A stretch of DNA of 64,000 nucleotides from Andalucia godoyi And28 (Eukaryota; Protista; Jakobida), in assembly GCA_009859145.1 (NCBI GenBank), contig VRVR01000016.1:112594-176593 (forward strand), in the 5' to 3' direction. Positions 26,428-37,094 of this stretch are shown here, piece by piece. The translations under genes and the position numbers were made by a program. Within the stretch, counting starts at the first letter, position 1. Each line of letters starts with the position of its first letter. The notes beneath the pieces are model-generated. The model was given only the letters and a program-made list of their open reading frames with translations. It was not told the origin of the DNA and did no database searches.

Positions 26428-28731
26428 TTAGGATCCCTTCTTGTAGTCGGAGGAGCTTTGCGCTTCCTGCTCGTAAGCAGGCGCCGCGTCCTCGTCTTTG
26501 AGACCGGTGGAATGCGGCTCCTCCTCGATGGAATCCACCTTGGTGACCCCACTAGATGTGCGGAACCCCTTCACGTTTCCATACAGTAAAACATACGCCA
26601 AAATGCGGTATCCAACGATAAGACATGCAAGGTACAGGCAACACTCCCACGGTTCAAAGTTGTTGCTGTAGTAGTTCAAAGCCTGCGATCCAGACGTGAT
26701 TGGGCAGACACCATTGACAAACTGGCCTGGATCGCAGTGGAATTCCAAACCAGTCATCTCCACGGCCATCAGTCCGTTCCAGCCATAGTAGATCACAGAG
26801 ATCTTCTGGAGCCAGATGAACCAAGGCGGCACATCGTCAGAGTTCAAAAATAAGCCGCTGAGCAACATCTGGGGAATCATGGCAAGCGGCATGAGTGCTT
26901 GCGCAATTTCTGGGTTGGAAGATAGAGCAGACAAGCAATATCCAATGGACGCCGCAGCTTCCGCTCCAAGCTCGCAAATTGCCAAGAACATGAACCAATT
27001 CGACGCCTTGTTCTGCAGACCCATCATGAAATACGCAATCGAGAGCAACACAGCCGGCATAATTACTTGGAAAGGAAGCTCAGCGAACCACTTTGCAAAG
27101 AAATACGGTGTCACTTTGACCATTCCGGAATCGTGCTCTCGCGTGAAAATGGGCTTTTCCCGAGGAAAAGTCATAATGATGGCGGCAATACAAGACATGA
27201 CCGAGTTGGCAGTCAAAAAGAACAATGCACCGGCGCGATTCTGCACTCCTTGCTGGTCTGTTGTGAGCTGGAAGAAAATCAAACCGCAGATCAGGGCAAT
27301 TGTCAGGGTTTGTGCAATTTTGGCCTTGAACATCATTGGATTGCGGAACGTCGTCACAAAGGCACGATCCGTCAGGATTGCGACTTGACGAATAAAACCT
27401 GGTTTGCCGAGATGCTGTGCATGCTTGAAGCGCGCAACATCATCTGCGTCTGCAGCCGCAGATTCTTCCAAACCGACTGCAGAAGCGGATGCAAGTGCGC
27501 TGGATCCCCTGTTCGGAAGAGCCTTTCGGAAGGGATAGTTTTCATCGTTGAACTCCTCGCGGTATACTTTGGAGTTCTTGTAGTACTCGGCCAGCTGCTT
27601 GGGGGGAACACGACGAGTGATTGTGATAAAATGGTCTGCTGGATTCGAAAACTCCGGAACCGGGTATCCAATTGTCTCGAAATATGACGGAGCAGAGTCA
27701 AGCTTTCCAAAGTATACCATTCGGCCTTCACTCAGAAGAATCATGTTGTCAAACAAACACATGAGATCCCATGACGGTTGGTGGATTGTGCAAATGATTG
27801 TTTTTCCTCCGTACGTTCCGTTCGTGTCGCGAGTGAGTTTCGCAAGTCTGCGCAGCAAACTGATCGTCTGGATTGCTGTGTAAGAATCCAATCCAGAAGT
27901 CGGTTCATCCAACATCAGGACGGACACATTCGGATCCAGCAGATCCTGCGCAATGCAGACCCGCTTGAGCTGTCCTCCCGAGATTCGGGCAATCGGAGTG
28001 CTTTTGCACATCTCCAAATCCAAGTCTCTCAGAACATCGGCGACTCTGTCCACAGACAAGCCCTTCAGTTTGCACGCGTACGTCAGCAACTCGGTCGGAG
28101 TCAGATTGTCATACACCACATCCTGTTGCATGACATATGCACCATAGTTGCGGATCAAGCCAGCAGTCTTTGACGGATCGTACGAATTGATTTGAACGCA
28201 CCCAGACATCGAGCCGTCTCTGAACCGCCCTGCAATTAAATTGAGGAGCGTGGTTTTCCCCGAGCCAGACGGACCCATGAGTGCTGTCAGCTCGCCGGGT
28301 CTCGCGTACCCGGAGATTTCCTTCAGCAAGCATTTCCTGCTCAATGCAGCCTTGTTGGCGACTGCAGTAGAGCCTGTCTCCAGCGACTTTCCACCTGGAG
28401 TAGGAAGCACAGTCGCACCCGACGCCGCCGCCGCCGCTGCCACTGCTGCAACATTGATTGTCGATGCAGACCGAGAAGGCAAATTGGATGCTGGATTCGA
28501 GCTTGCTTTGCTTTCCTTCTTCTTGTCTACTCCTCTATCCTTCGACAACGGGACGGCGAACGAAAGATTGTTCCAATGCACAAACATCGGAAACGAACCC
28601 ACTTTCGTGCCTGCAGGAGTCGTTGGCGGGTGGCCGGCAGACGATTCCCCGACTTCCCGATCATCATCATCATTATTATTATTATTGTTATTGTAGCCCG
28701 TACCAGCCACAACAGCAGGCGCTTCTGACAT
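26428..28731 (-). CDS. ABCG (White-family) half transporter
   Basis: Walker A GPSGSGKTT, signature ISGGQLKRV, Walker B LMLDEPTSGLDS, H-loop TIHQP, then an ABC2 TM domain. First convincing ATG at 28731. Confidence 0.95.
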   Translation of the reverse strand: MSEAPAVVAGTGYNNNNNNNDDDDREVGESSAGHPPTTPAGTKVGSFPMFVHWNNLSFAVPLSKDRGVDKKKESKASSNPASNLPSRSASTINVAAVAAAAAASGATVLPTPGGKSLETGSTAVANKAALSRKCLLKEISGYARPGELTALMGPSGSGKTTLLNLIAGRFRDGSMSGCVQINSYDPSKTAGLIRNYGAYVMQQDVVYDNLTPTELLTYACKLKGLSVDRVADVLRDLDLEMCKSTPIARISGGQLKRVCIAQDLLDPNVSVLMLDEPTSGLDSYTAIQTISLLRRLAKLTRDTNGTYGGKTIICTIHQPSWDLMCLFDNMILLSEGRMVYFGKLDSAPSYFETIGYPVPEFSNPADHFITITRRVPPKQLAEYYKNSKVYREEFNDENYPFRKALPNRGSSALASASAVGLEESAAADADDVARFKHAQHLGKPGFIRQVAILTDRAFVTTFRNPMMFKAKIAQTLTIALICGLIFFQLTTDQQGVQNRAGALFFLTANSVMSCIAAIIMTFPREKPIFTREHDSGMVKVTPYFFAKWFAELPFQVIMPAVLLSIAYFMMGLQNKASNWFMFLAICELGAEAAASIGYCLSALSSNPEIAQALMPLAMIPQMLLSGLFLNSDDVPPWFIWLQKISVIYYGWNGLMAVEMTGLEFHCDPGQFVNGVCPITSGSQALNYYSNNFEPWECCLYLACLIVGYRILAYVLLYGNVKGFRTSSGVTKVDSIEEEPHSTGLKDEDAAPAYEQEAQSSSDYKKGS

Positions 28732-29507
28732 GTCTTTCCTTCTCCAAAAAAGAATAGCAGCAATAATAATAATAATAACAGCACCAATGTAGCAATAAGA
28801 AAAACAAAAGAATAGAGACAACAAGAACAAGAGAAACTCCTACGCAGGAATGTTGCTTGTTTTTGAAATCAAAAAAGAAGGGTAGGATGAAAGGATGAAA
28901 GGATGAAAGAAAAATATGAAAGAACCCCAAGATTAAAAAGATGAACAAGATAAAATTATAATAATATGCAATACAAAATATTAATATGCAAAGTATGATT
29001 GGCAAAGTTGAGAAGAAGAAAAAGAACCGACTGTTTCGCTCGGATTTTGGCAAGCGGCATTTTCAGCGGCAACCGTGAAAAAAAAAAGCCGTCGATTCAC
29101 CGCGTTTTCCCGTCCTCCGCCTCCTGTAGTTGCCTGGTGGGTCTTTTATTATTTTTTTTTTACAGCCGGCAGATTCTGCTTGAAGCAAATGATGGTCGGA
29201 CGATGCTGTTTTTTGGGGCGGACGACGAGGAGGAAGAGAACGACGCGCATCGAAGAGCGTGTAGTGCGTCAGGAAAGCGGATCGTGTGCATTCGAAGTGG
29301 GCAGGCTGCGAGCGTGCATCACTAGTAATCGGAGCGATTGTATTCCTCGTGTATCAGAAAAACAATATTTTAAATTCAAAAAATTAATAAATAATCAGAT
29401 TATAAGAGTCTCCTGTTCTCTTTCATTCTGAGATCCAGAGCGGTCAACACCTGTTTTTTCTGCAACCCGCAAGGCGGCCTGTATCTCTCTGTACGCAGAA
29501 CACAAAA

Positions 29508-29566
29508 CACAGAATACAGAATACAGAATACAGAATACAGAATACAGAACACAGAATACAGAACAC
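29508..29566. repeat. Heptamer tandem repeat (ACAGAAT/ACAGAAC)n
   Basis: About 8 units read directly from the sequence. Confidence 0.85.
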
Positions 29567-29791
29567 TGTCGGAAACACTGCACGAAACATTTTCTTTCCT
29601 GTCGTAAAAATTGGCCGCCCTAACGTTTCTTGTCTCCATATCTTTCAGCAAAAAAGAACCAAACGGAAAAGACGTCTTTTGCATGTTTATCCGAATGGTG
29701 CTATAAAAAAAGAGCGCGCAGTGCATCCTAATCGACCTTGTAATTAAATTTCCCGTCCCTCTCTCGTCTTGGTTGGAAACGTTGCTGGACG

Positions 29792-32395
29792 ATGAGCGAG
29801 CCACCTCCAGCGTCCGCGCAGAAAAGAGTTGTTCGGATTCCCGTTGATGCGCGTCTTTTGCGGTCCATGTCGCCCGAACAACTGTCTCTGCAACTGAAAA
29901 AGGCTGGTGTGTTGGACCATTTTCTGGAGAAGTCGAATGGCAACCACGGCACGGAATCTTTTCCGCATGGAGGAGCGTCTTCTTCTTCTTCTTCTTCTCC
30001 GCTTCATGTCGTGTCTACCAATGTGCTCATTGAAAAGACTATGGAAAACGCAACATCACCTGGCAGTGCACGTCGAGAAGGCTACACCAACAACGAAAAA
30101 AGGAATAATGTCAATGACAACAGTAATAACACGAGTGCAGGTAGGAATAGGAATAGAAGCAGTACGAGTCCAAGGTTTCAGAGTCCGACGTATGCTTCGA
30201 CGCTGCATCAGTTTCAGTCACCACGGTCTCCGAGTCCTACGAGAAGTCAGTCGAGACCGCAATCACATGGGCAGCAAGGGCATTATGTCCCATTCGATCA
30301 GAATGGACAGCCACAAACAGGAGATGATCGCCATCCAAACTTGTGGCCAATGTTGCTGAGACGGTATGTCGAGCGTGAGAATGGTGCGTTTCGATCTCCT
30401 CCGAAATCGAATTCGAGAACGGCATCCCCAGTGAAATCCGTACGTCGGACAAGCCCGTCGATCGCAATGTCTCCTGGCCGACTTCAATCTCCAGATTCTA
30501 GAAAACAGAGCCAGAGCCAAACTCACCACCATCCACATCCTCATCCTCACCATCTTCAAAATGGAGCGCCGTCTCCTCGAAGTCACGCTGTTTCACCGTT
30601 GCGAGCGACTCCCGGAAAGACCGGAAATGGCCACAGCCACAATCGGCTGGTGTCTCCCACCAGGAATACGGCAGCGTTCTCTCCTCCGCACAGCGCACGA
30701 AAAGATGTACTCGGATCCGAGAAGAAAAAGGTTCCAAAGACATCACCAGTAAGAGATGCTGTCAACCGATCGTTTGTGGATGAGGCAGTGTTTGCAGACT
30801 TCACGGAACGGATACCTCCCATTGTGGATGTAGTGTACAAGAAAGCGGCGAACTGGACCGTCAAAATCGTATCGGAGTTCATGGACTTTTGCATTCGATG
30901 GAACGGTTGGAGAGGAAAGGAGGTTTCGTTTGCAAACCTGTTGAAGACCTTTTTTGAGAAGAAACACGGACTTGTCGACATTTGGTCACAGGTTGCGTGG
31001 GATTTTGCGTTCAACCTGGGCAGACAGCGCACAGAGTTGCTTGAGCTGGAGACAATTGCAAAGTTCATGGATGGATCGTACTCGCTGGATGATTTCAGAG
31101 CGTACGTCGACGCACGTGTGCTGGTGTCCAACGAGTTGTTTTACAAATCTCCGCCACAGCTCAAGCATCTTTCCCGTGAGGAATGCAAGAAGGTTTCCAA
31201 GGCTTTTGTGGTTCAGATCGTAGGAGATCCGCGGTATCTCGGAAAATTCTGGTCTTTTGTTCGCGGCTGGTTCGAAAGTGGAAACGATAGCATCGAGCTT
31301 TCCCGATGGCTTGCGTTTGTTGCGCATTTCTTCCATGCGGTGTACATGCAGATCCTGCCTTCCATGATAGGGTCCCCGGGCTCCCCATCCGTGGCGCACC
31401 AGTCTACCGCAGAGTCGATTGACCTGCCCTCGTCAGTTTGGACAGATTCGTCGCCGCGACAAGCACGCCTCTTTGAGAAACTGAAAGAGATGCATGTCCC
31501 GGACTCCTCGCGCGCCGCAGGTGCGCAGCACTACATGGATCCGCATTCGGGCAGAGAGCCGCGTCAACGCAGCCCCCGGAGAAATTCTCCGCCGCGTCGT
31601 TCCACCGTCGATCCGGCATACGGATTTGCGGACAAAGTACAGCAGCAGCACCCGGGTCGTGGGGAGCAGTTCGCTCTCAGCGCTGCGGATGTTAGTGCGA
31701 TTGAGAATATCAACGCGGATACGTCCATGGCCGCGATCCGTCCAGCTCCCGTGGAAGTGAAGTCGCAAGAGAAAGAAAGAGAAGACATGTTTTTCGAGTT
31801 GGAACGCATTGTCATGTCCTTTCCGGCCTGTGTGAAGTTGTCTGTGGACGAGCCTTCGTTCTTTTTGGATTTTCTGTACCGCCTGGCCGGCCAATGCCAT
31901 GCATATCTTCTGGTTCTTACCCATGGAGTTTCTTACTTTTCCCATCCCGCATTCGCAAAGGTTTGCACTGTTCTATTTCAGCGGGTTTCTGACATTTTCG
32001 ACGCGTTGACTGTCAACAAAACGGAGATGATTCCAAGAAATATGCCCTCAACCTTGTCCGACGTGTTGGCCCGTCATCGAGAGGCAGAGTCGAATCTATC
32101 GCTGTCCGTTGACGTCGCTATGACGTCTGTGAACGAGTTGTTCGATCGAGTATGCAAGGCAATTATCGGATGCACTCATGTCCGTGACGAGGTGGAACCC
32201 GCTTGCGCATTTGCTGTCTATTCGATTGAAAGCGTTGCCGGAAAGGAACTTGCAATGATTGCGGGTGAGGAAGATCTGAACGGGAAGTTTGCAGAAATGA
32301 ACCTCCTCGAACCGGTTCCTGACAATTTTGCCTCGGACCAACAGCACGTTGCCGTTCATGAAGAAGTTCATCGGTCTGACGCTTCTGAAATATAG
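29792..32395 (+). CDS. Hypothetical protein: SP-rich disordered N-terminus plus a helical domain related to 12850-14490
   Basis: 867-aa ORF. Segment SFANLLKTFFEKKHGLVDI...IAKFMDGSY...YVDARVLV. Confidence 0.8.
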   Translation: MSEPPPASAQKRVVRIPVDARLLRSMSPEQLSLQLKKAGVLDHFLEKSNGNHGTESFPHGGASSSSSSSPLHVVSTNVLIEKTMENATSPGSARREGYTNNEKRNNVNDNSNNTSAGRNRNRSSTSPRFQSPTYASTLHQFQSPRSPSPTRSQSRPQSHGQQGHYVPFDQNGQPQTGDDRHPNLWPMLLRRYVERENGAFRSPPKSNSRTASPVKSVRRTSPSIAMSPGRLQSPDSRKQSQSQTHHHPHPHPHHLQNGAPSPRSHAVSPLRATPGKTGNGHSHNRLVSPTRNTAAFSPPHSARKDVLGSEKKKVPKTSPVRDAVNRSFVDEAVFADFTERIPPIVDVVYKKAANWTVKIVSEFMDFCIRWNGWRGKEVSFANLLKTFFEKKHGLVDIWSQVAWDFAFNLGRQRTELLELETIAKFMDGSYSLDDFRAYVDARVLVSNELFYKSPPQLKHLSREECKKVSKAFVVQIVGDPRYLGKFWSFVRGWFESGNDSIELSRWLAFVAHFFHAVYMQILPSMIGSPGSPSVAHQSTAESIDLPSSVWTDSSPRQARLFEKLKEMHVPDSSRAAGAQHYMDPHSGREPRQRSPRRNSPPRRSTVDPAYGFADKVQQQHPGRGEQFALSAADVSAIENINADTSMAAIRPAPVEVKSQEKEREDMFFELERIVMSFPACVKLSVDEPSFFLDFLYRLAGQCHAYLLVLTHGVSYFSHPAFAKVCTVLFQRVSDIFDALTVNKTEMIPRNMPSTLSDVLARHREAESNLSLSVDVAMTSVNELFDRVCKAIIGCTHVRDEVEPACAFAVYSIESVAGKELAMIAGEEDLNGKFAEMNLLEPVPDNFASDQQHVAVHEEVHRSDASEI

Positions 32396-32514
32396 TTTCC
32401 ATTTCTCTCCGTTCCACTCTTTTCCTTTTCTATTTTTTGTTTCTGATCTCCTACGCCATTTTGTACATCAATCGCCACCACCACATAAAGAACATGCACA
32501 TTTTCTTTTCGTCT

Positions 32515-34318
32515 TTATTTAACAGGCGCTTCCCCTTTCTTCTCAGCTTCTTTCGCTTGGTAATACTTGGTGGACTCCTTGAAATACTTGTTTGGATGAC
32601 CGTGGGGAACGTCAGATACGTATCCGGGGTGCGTAGCATCGAAGTATCGCTGGCAAGCGACTTCGTAGTGCTGGTTCCGCACCAAATCCAGAATCTCTCC
32701 GATGACATTCTCGGTTGTGCCGTATCCAGCCAATGTCAGTTTGAGCTGATTTGCATCTTGGTGTTTGAAAGGACACCCATGGTGATCACCATAGGATGGA
32801 CCTGGATTTGTGATGATCTTTCTGCATGAGTACGGTGTGTAGTCGACCCGGCGACCTTCTTGGCCATAGTTGTGTCGGACGTTGTACGCGTACGTCTTCT
32901 CAAACTTGTCCGCTCCAACCCCCTGTCCAAACTCGCTCCTCCAGAATTCGAGAGCGTGCTCCAACGACAATCCAATGCCTTTTAAAAACAGCCCATACTG
33001 CATGCGCCCGCCGTGCTTCAGGTGATGGACAGCCCGCAGCTGGAAATGAATCGACCGCATGCACAAGGGGAACGAACGCGTCGCAAGATGATCCAATTGC
33101 GCAGGAAGTACTTGCTGATTGCCCGACGCATCCCATTCCTGCTGTGAAGCCGAGAATCTCTCGGAAAGCGTGTTGAGAAACGGCAGTAATCTGTCGGCCT
33201 CCATCTCGATCATCCCTGGTCTGGCTTTAAAGGTCATATTCAAGGACTCGGAAAGAACCTGTCGAAACCGCGTCACAAGAAGCGACACGAGTGAGTCACG
33301 CTCTACAAAAGCAGTTCCTCGCGACAAGAACACCCTTCTTGTTGACACAAGATCCAACACCTGGGTGAAGTGCACTTTGTAGAATTCCAGCGGTTCGATG
33401 GTCGTGCATCCTGGAATGAGGGAGCGCAGCTGATCCTCGAACATTTTCTTTTCTTCGGGCAGCGCCTTTTCACCAGGGATCTGGTTGGCTTTCAGAAACT
33501 CCTCTTTTTCAGCCGGACTCAGCATTGACAATCTGAATTTGAACAATGCGCACTCCTGAGTTAGAAACCATCGTCGCAGTGCCTCACTACACCCTCCCAA
33601 TTTCAGTAAAAGAAGACAAGAAAAACCCATTAGAAACAAAACGCATAATATTAAAAAAGCCAGCAAGAAAGAAAGGAAAAGGCTGCGGGAAAGAATAAAC
33701 CATGCATACTTCTTGCAGTAGACAAGCCGCAAAATGAAATGCGAGAGGTTGTCTTGGGCGAGATCGTCGAGAAACGCAAATTTCTTCAGCGTTGCGCGTG
33801 TGTCCGCCTCAGTGGCCTTTCCTTTCAGTTTCAAAGTCTCAAGTTCACGCAGCACTGGGAGAGGGAAAGAGGGATTGAACAATAGCAAGCACGAACGATG
33901 AGCAATCGAGGCACATGTAAAGTTGGATACAAATGCAATCAAGGAAGATGAAGACGAAAAAGAAAAGGAAAGAAGAAAAAAGAAGGACGCATACTTTTCA
34001 AACGGCGAATAGCAACATCTTCAAATTCCTCGACAGTGATTTCATGAACAGGCGGCACAGTGTACATATTCATCCATCCTGAACCACCCAACGAATCAGT
34101 CAGTATCACATCATATCATCCTTTCCATTCAATGCGATCGCGCATGCCAACAATATCTGCAACAATAATGAAATGAGAATAAGAATAAGAAATTCCATAC
34201 CTTGGCGATCAACTGACGACAGATCAATCTGCACCATTCGTCTCATCGAAACTGCTCCAGATGGGGTAGCAGGAGTAGAAGGAACATTCTTCTGAGCACG
34301 ATTCACTAAACGCTTCAT
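32515..34318 (-). CDS. PRIM2: DNA primase large subunit (PriL), 4 exons
   Basis: Exons 34201-34318, 33995-34078, 33710-33854 and 32515-33586, with phases checked. They give MYTVPP..ITVEEFE, HFILRLVYC and the Fe-S domain (FPLCM, HLKHGGRMQYGLFLKGIG, YNVRHNYG, YSCRKI, HGCPF). Confidence 0.95.
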
Positions 34319-34981
34319 GATGACGCAACGCCGGACCAGATCACGCACACTAAAGAGAAGATAGGATAAAAGCAGTTGACAAATGACAAAAGAAGACGAC
34401 GAAATCGCAGGGGAAAATGACGGGGAAAAGCTGATCCATGAAGAGGATTTTGGCGGGAAACCGAAAAAAATGAAACCTAAAACAAGCTTGGTTTCCCCGC
34501 TCAGTTCAAGGATCAATTTGATGCTTGCGTCGTGGGAAACTCGTGTCCCCTAATTTCCCTTGTGGATGTTTATTGTGTGTGTGTGCATGTGTGTGTGTGC
34601 ACGTGTGTGTGTATATGTTTGAGAAAGGGCTCTAAACCAGAGAAGTTCTGTTGCGTTAGAAGAATCTGATATAGATACATACTGCGGTGGTGCACTGTAG
34701 AGAACGCAGTGTATCCCGATTAGAAAAAAGGCCTTCATAAGCTATTGCTGGTTTTACTGTTTTCATTTTTCACTGATTTGATTTTCCTGCTTTTCCATTT
34801 ATTTATTATTTTAAATTTGTATTTTTGTTTTGGATTTGGTGTGCACAGAAGAAACACAGTCGGCACAGCTTGACAGAGAAAACAAACAATCACAACGAAC
34901 TTTTCACAGGAGATTTACGTTTAATTTTTTTCTCTTCTCCTTCCTCTTTTTTTTTTTTTTTGGTGTTTGTGTGTGTTGTGG

Positions 34982-36640
34982 ATGATCTGTGCGTTTCGAC
35001 CGTCTCTGTTATCTCGGTCGATTATTCAGAAATCAAAACATTATAGTCTACGAAGTCCATGTATTCGGCTGTTTTCGAATGGGACTGAGCGCATGACTCC
35101 GCCCGTCTCGCCGAACCCACCGAGTGCTTCACTGGATTCCGAAGCAGGAAGTGTTGGCGAGATGTCCTCCTCCTCCTCCTCCTCCTCCTCTTCCTCCTCC
35201 TCCTCCTCCTCCTCTTCTTCTTCTTCTTCTTCTTCTTCTTCGACTACGGCGAACGCATCGGACGTGAATCCTGAGCGGAAAAAGGTGTTTGAAACATTTC
35301 GAATTGAAGAGCATTTGGAAGATGCAAAGAAGTTTGTGTATTTTGTTCATTCGGATCACCGAATTGACGAGAAGAAAGTGGTTGATGCTCGTAGTCGACG
35401 ATCGAAGCACCCCAGGTGGATTGATGCGGGGCTGATGTATGTTCGAAGCGCGCTGTTGCCGAAGGGATATCCACACACCGTGTCATCTGATTACGCGAGA
35501 TGGCATTTCTGGCAAGCTTGTCAGCAAGTGTGCTCTGCGTTCAACGGCGTCATGTCCACCCACGCATTGTTGACAGCTCTCGGAATGGGCTCTTCGGCTC
35601 GTTCTTCGGCTTTTGGTGCGGTTGCACAGTGGGTTCTGAAAGACGGGCTGGGGAATTTGGGCAAGATTCTTTTTGGGTGGAGGTACGGCTCCATTTTGGA
35701 CTCGGATTCAAAAAAGTGGAGGTTTCGAGCTGACATATTCTTCAATGTCGGAGTGGCGATGGAGATATCCACGTTGTTTGCACCGAGCGCATTCTTGCCT
35801 CTCGCAGTGTCTGCCAATCTTGCAAAGGGCGTTGCGGCGGTTGCAGGCGGTGCAACCAGAGCTAGTATTGTCAAGTCGTTCTTGCACGGCGAGAACATGG
35901 CGGATGTGGCAGCGAAAGCAGAGTCCCAGTCCGTCATTGCTTCTCTAGTAGGAATGTTGATGGGCATCGCTGCTCTGCCCTTTGTTTCTCATTCTAGCTT
36001 TGCTGTGGTTCAGGTGGTCGCCCTCTCGACGACGTGCCACATCATGTTCAACTACATGGCCGTTCGCCAAGTGTACCTTCCTACTCTGAACAAGTTCCGC
36101 ACAACGACTGTCATGCACGGCTTCTTGAATGAGCAGATAGTTCCGTCACGAGAAGAGGTGGCAAGCGTCGAGAAGATTATGTTTCCCAACGAAGAACAAC
36201 GCCCATTTCTTGTCGTTGGACATCAGTTCCGGTTTGCTTTTGCTGGCAAGCAGGACGCTGTGAATCCAATCTTGGACATGTTTCGGCACGACGCGTATCT
36301 GCTGACTCTGAATCGCCAGAGTTTGCACATCATTTTCAGAAAAGATGTTTCCACGGAATTCGTCCTTCGCGGGGTGTTCCACGCTGCTTGCGTGCAGTAT
36401 GTGCTTAACAAGATTGGTGGTCGGTCGACCTACGTCATGCTTCGAAATGCTGTTCTTGATTTGGAAGAAGAGCTAAAATTACTTCGCTACACTCAAGAGA
36501 TGTGCCAGGAACAGTTTCCTGCTCTGATGAAGGGAATGCGAGAAAAAGGCTGGAATCTGAACCAACTTCTCATCGATCTCGGTCCGACTCGCCTCGACTG
36601 GCATGCTTCTTCAGACTCCATCCACGAAAGCAAGACGTAG
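34982..36640 (+). CDS. RUSF1: RUS1/DUF647 family protein (RUSF1/C16orf58-like)
   Basis: Motifs LLPKGYPHTVSSDY, WVLKDGLG, LDSDSKKWRFRAD, ENMADVAAKAESQ and LPTLN. Presequence-like N-terminus and a polySer tract. Confidence 0.9.
   Translation: MICAFRPSLLSRSIIQKSKHYSLRSPCIRLFSNGTERMTPPVSPNPPSASLDSEAGSVGEMSSSSSSSSSSSSSSSSSSSSSSSSSSTTANASDVNPERKKVFETFRIEEHLEDAKKFVYFVHSDHRIDEKKVVDARSRRSKHPRWIDAGLMYVRSALLPKGYPHTVSSDYARWHFWQACQQVCSAFNGVMSTHALLTALGMGSSARSSAFGAVAQWVLKDGLGNLGKILFGWRYGSILDSDSKKWRFRADIFFNVGVAMEISTLFAPSAFLPLAVSANLAKGVAAVAGGATRASIVKSFLHGENMADVAAKAESQSVIASLVGMLMGIAALPFVSHSSFAVVQVVALSTTCHIMFNYMAVRQVYLPTLNKFRTTTVMHGFLNEQIVPSREEVASVEKIMFPNEEQRPFLVVGHQFRFAFAGKQDAVNPILDMFRHDAYLLTLNRQSLHIIFRKDVSTEFVLRGVFHAACVQYVLNKIGGRSTYVMLRNAVLDLEEELKLLRYTQEMCQEQFPALMKGMREKGWNLNQLLIDLGPTRLDWHASSDSIHESKT

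Positions 36641-36643
<3 letters not shown>

Positions 36644-36734
<91 letters not shown>
36644..36734. repeat. (CT)n(GT)n microsatellite directly after the RUS1 stop codon
   Basis: Read directly from the sequence. Confidence 0.95.
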
Positions 36735-37094
36735 ATGTGCGCGCGCGTCTGTCTCATTGTATCCCAATGTATTCTATTGATTGTACATTTTTTTCTCCAC
36801 TCTTCAGACATACTGGGAACTCAAAACATGACGGAGATCGCCGGGAATAGAACAATAAGAATCTCAAAAAGCCGCTGTAACCAAATTCTGATTTCTGGCG
36901 CCCAACAAATTCGGAATTGGCGCGTATGGAAAATTCCGGGCTTCTATTTCTCTTTCGTGTCCTCGGGACATTTCCTGTCTTTCTTTCTTTCTTTCTTCCT
37001 TTCTTATTGAATTTCCCCCCTCTCTCTTTCCAATCTTTTCTCCTTCTCTTTTCTGTCATCTTACGATCTCGTTGGAGCCAATCCTTTTATTTAA

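Noticed and set aside
29508-29566. Tandem repeat examined as a possible CRISPR-like or telomeric array
   Set aside because: Spacer-less 7-mer units, internal location, not a recognised telomere motif. No CRISPR array, tRNA or rRNA was found anywhere in the window.
33587-33709. Hydrophobic 41-aa 'insertion' in the PRIM2 ORF-track protein
   Set aside because: It is a 123-nt in-frame GTATGC..TAG intron; splicing restores YCKNEALRRWF.
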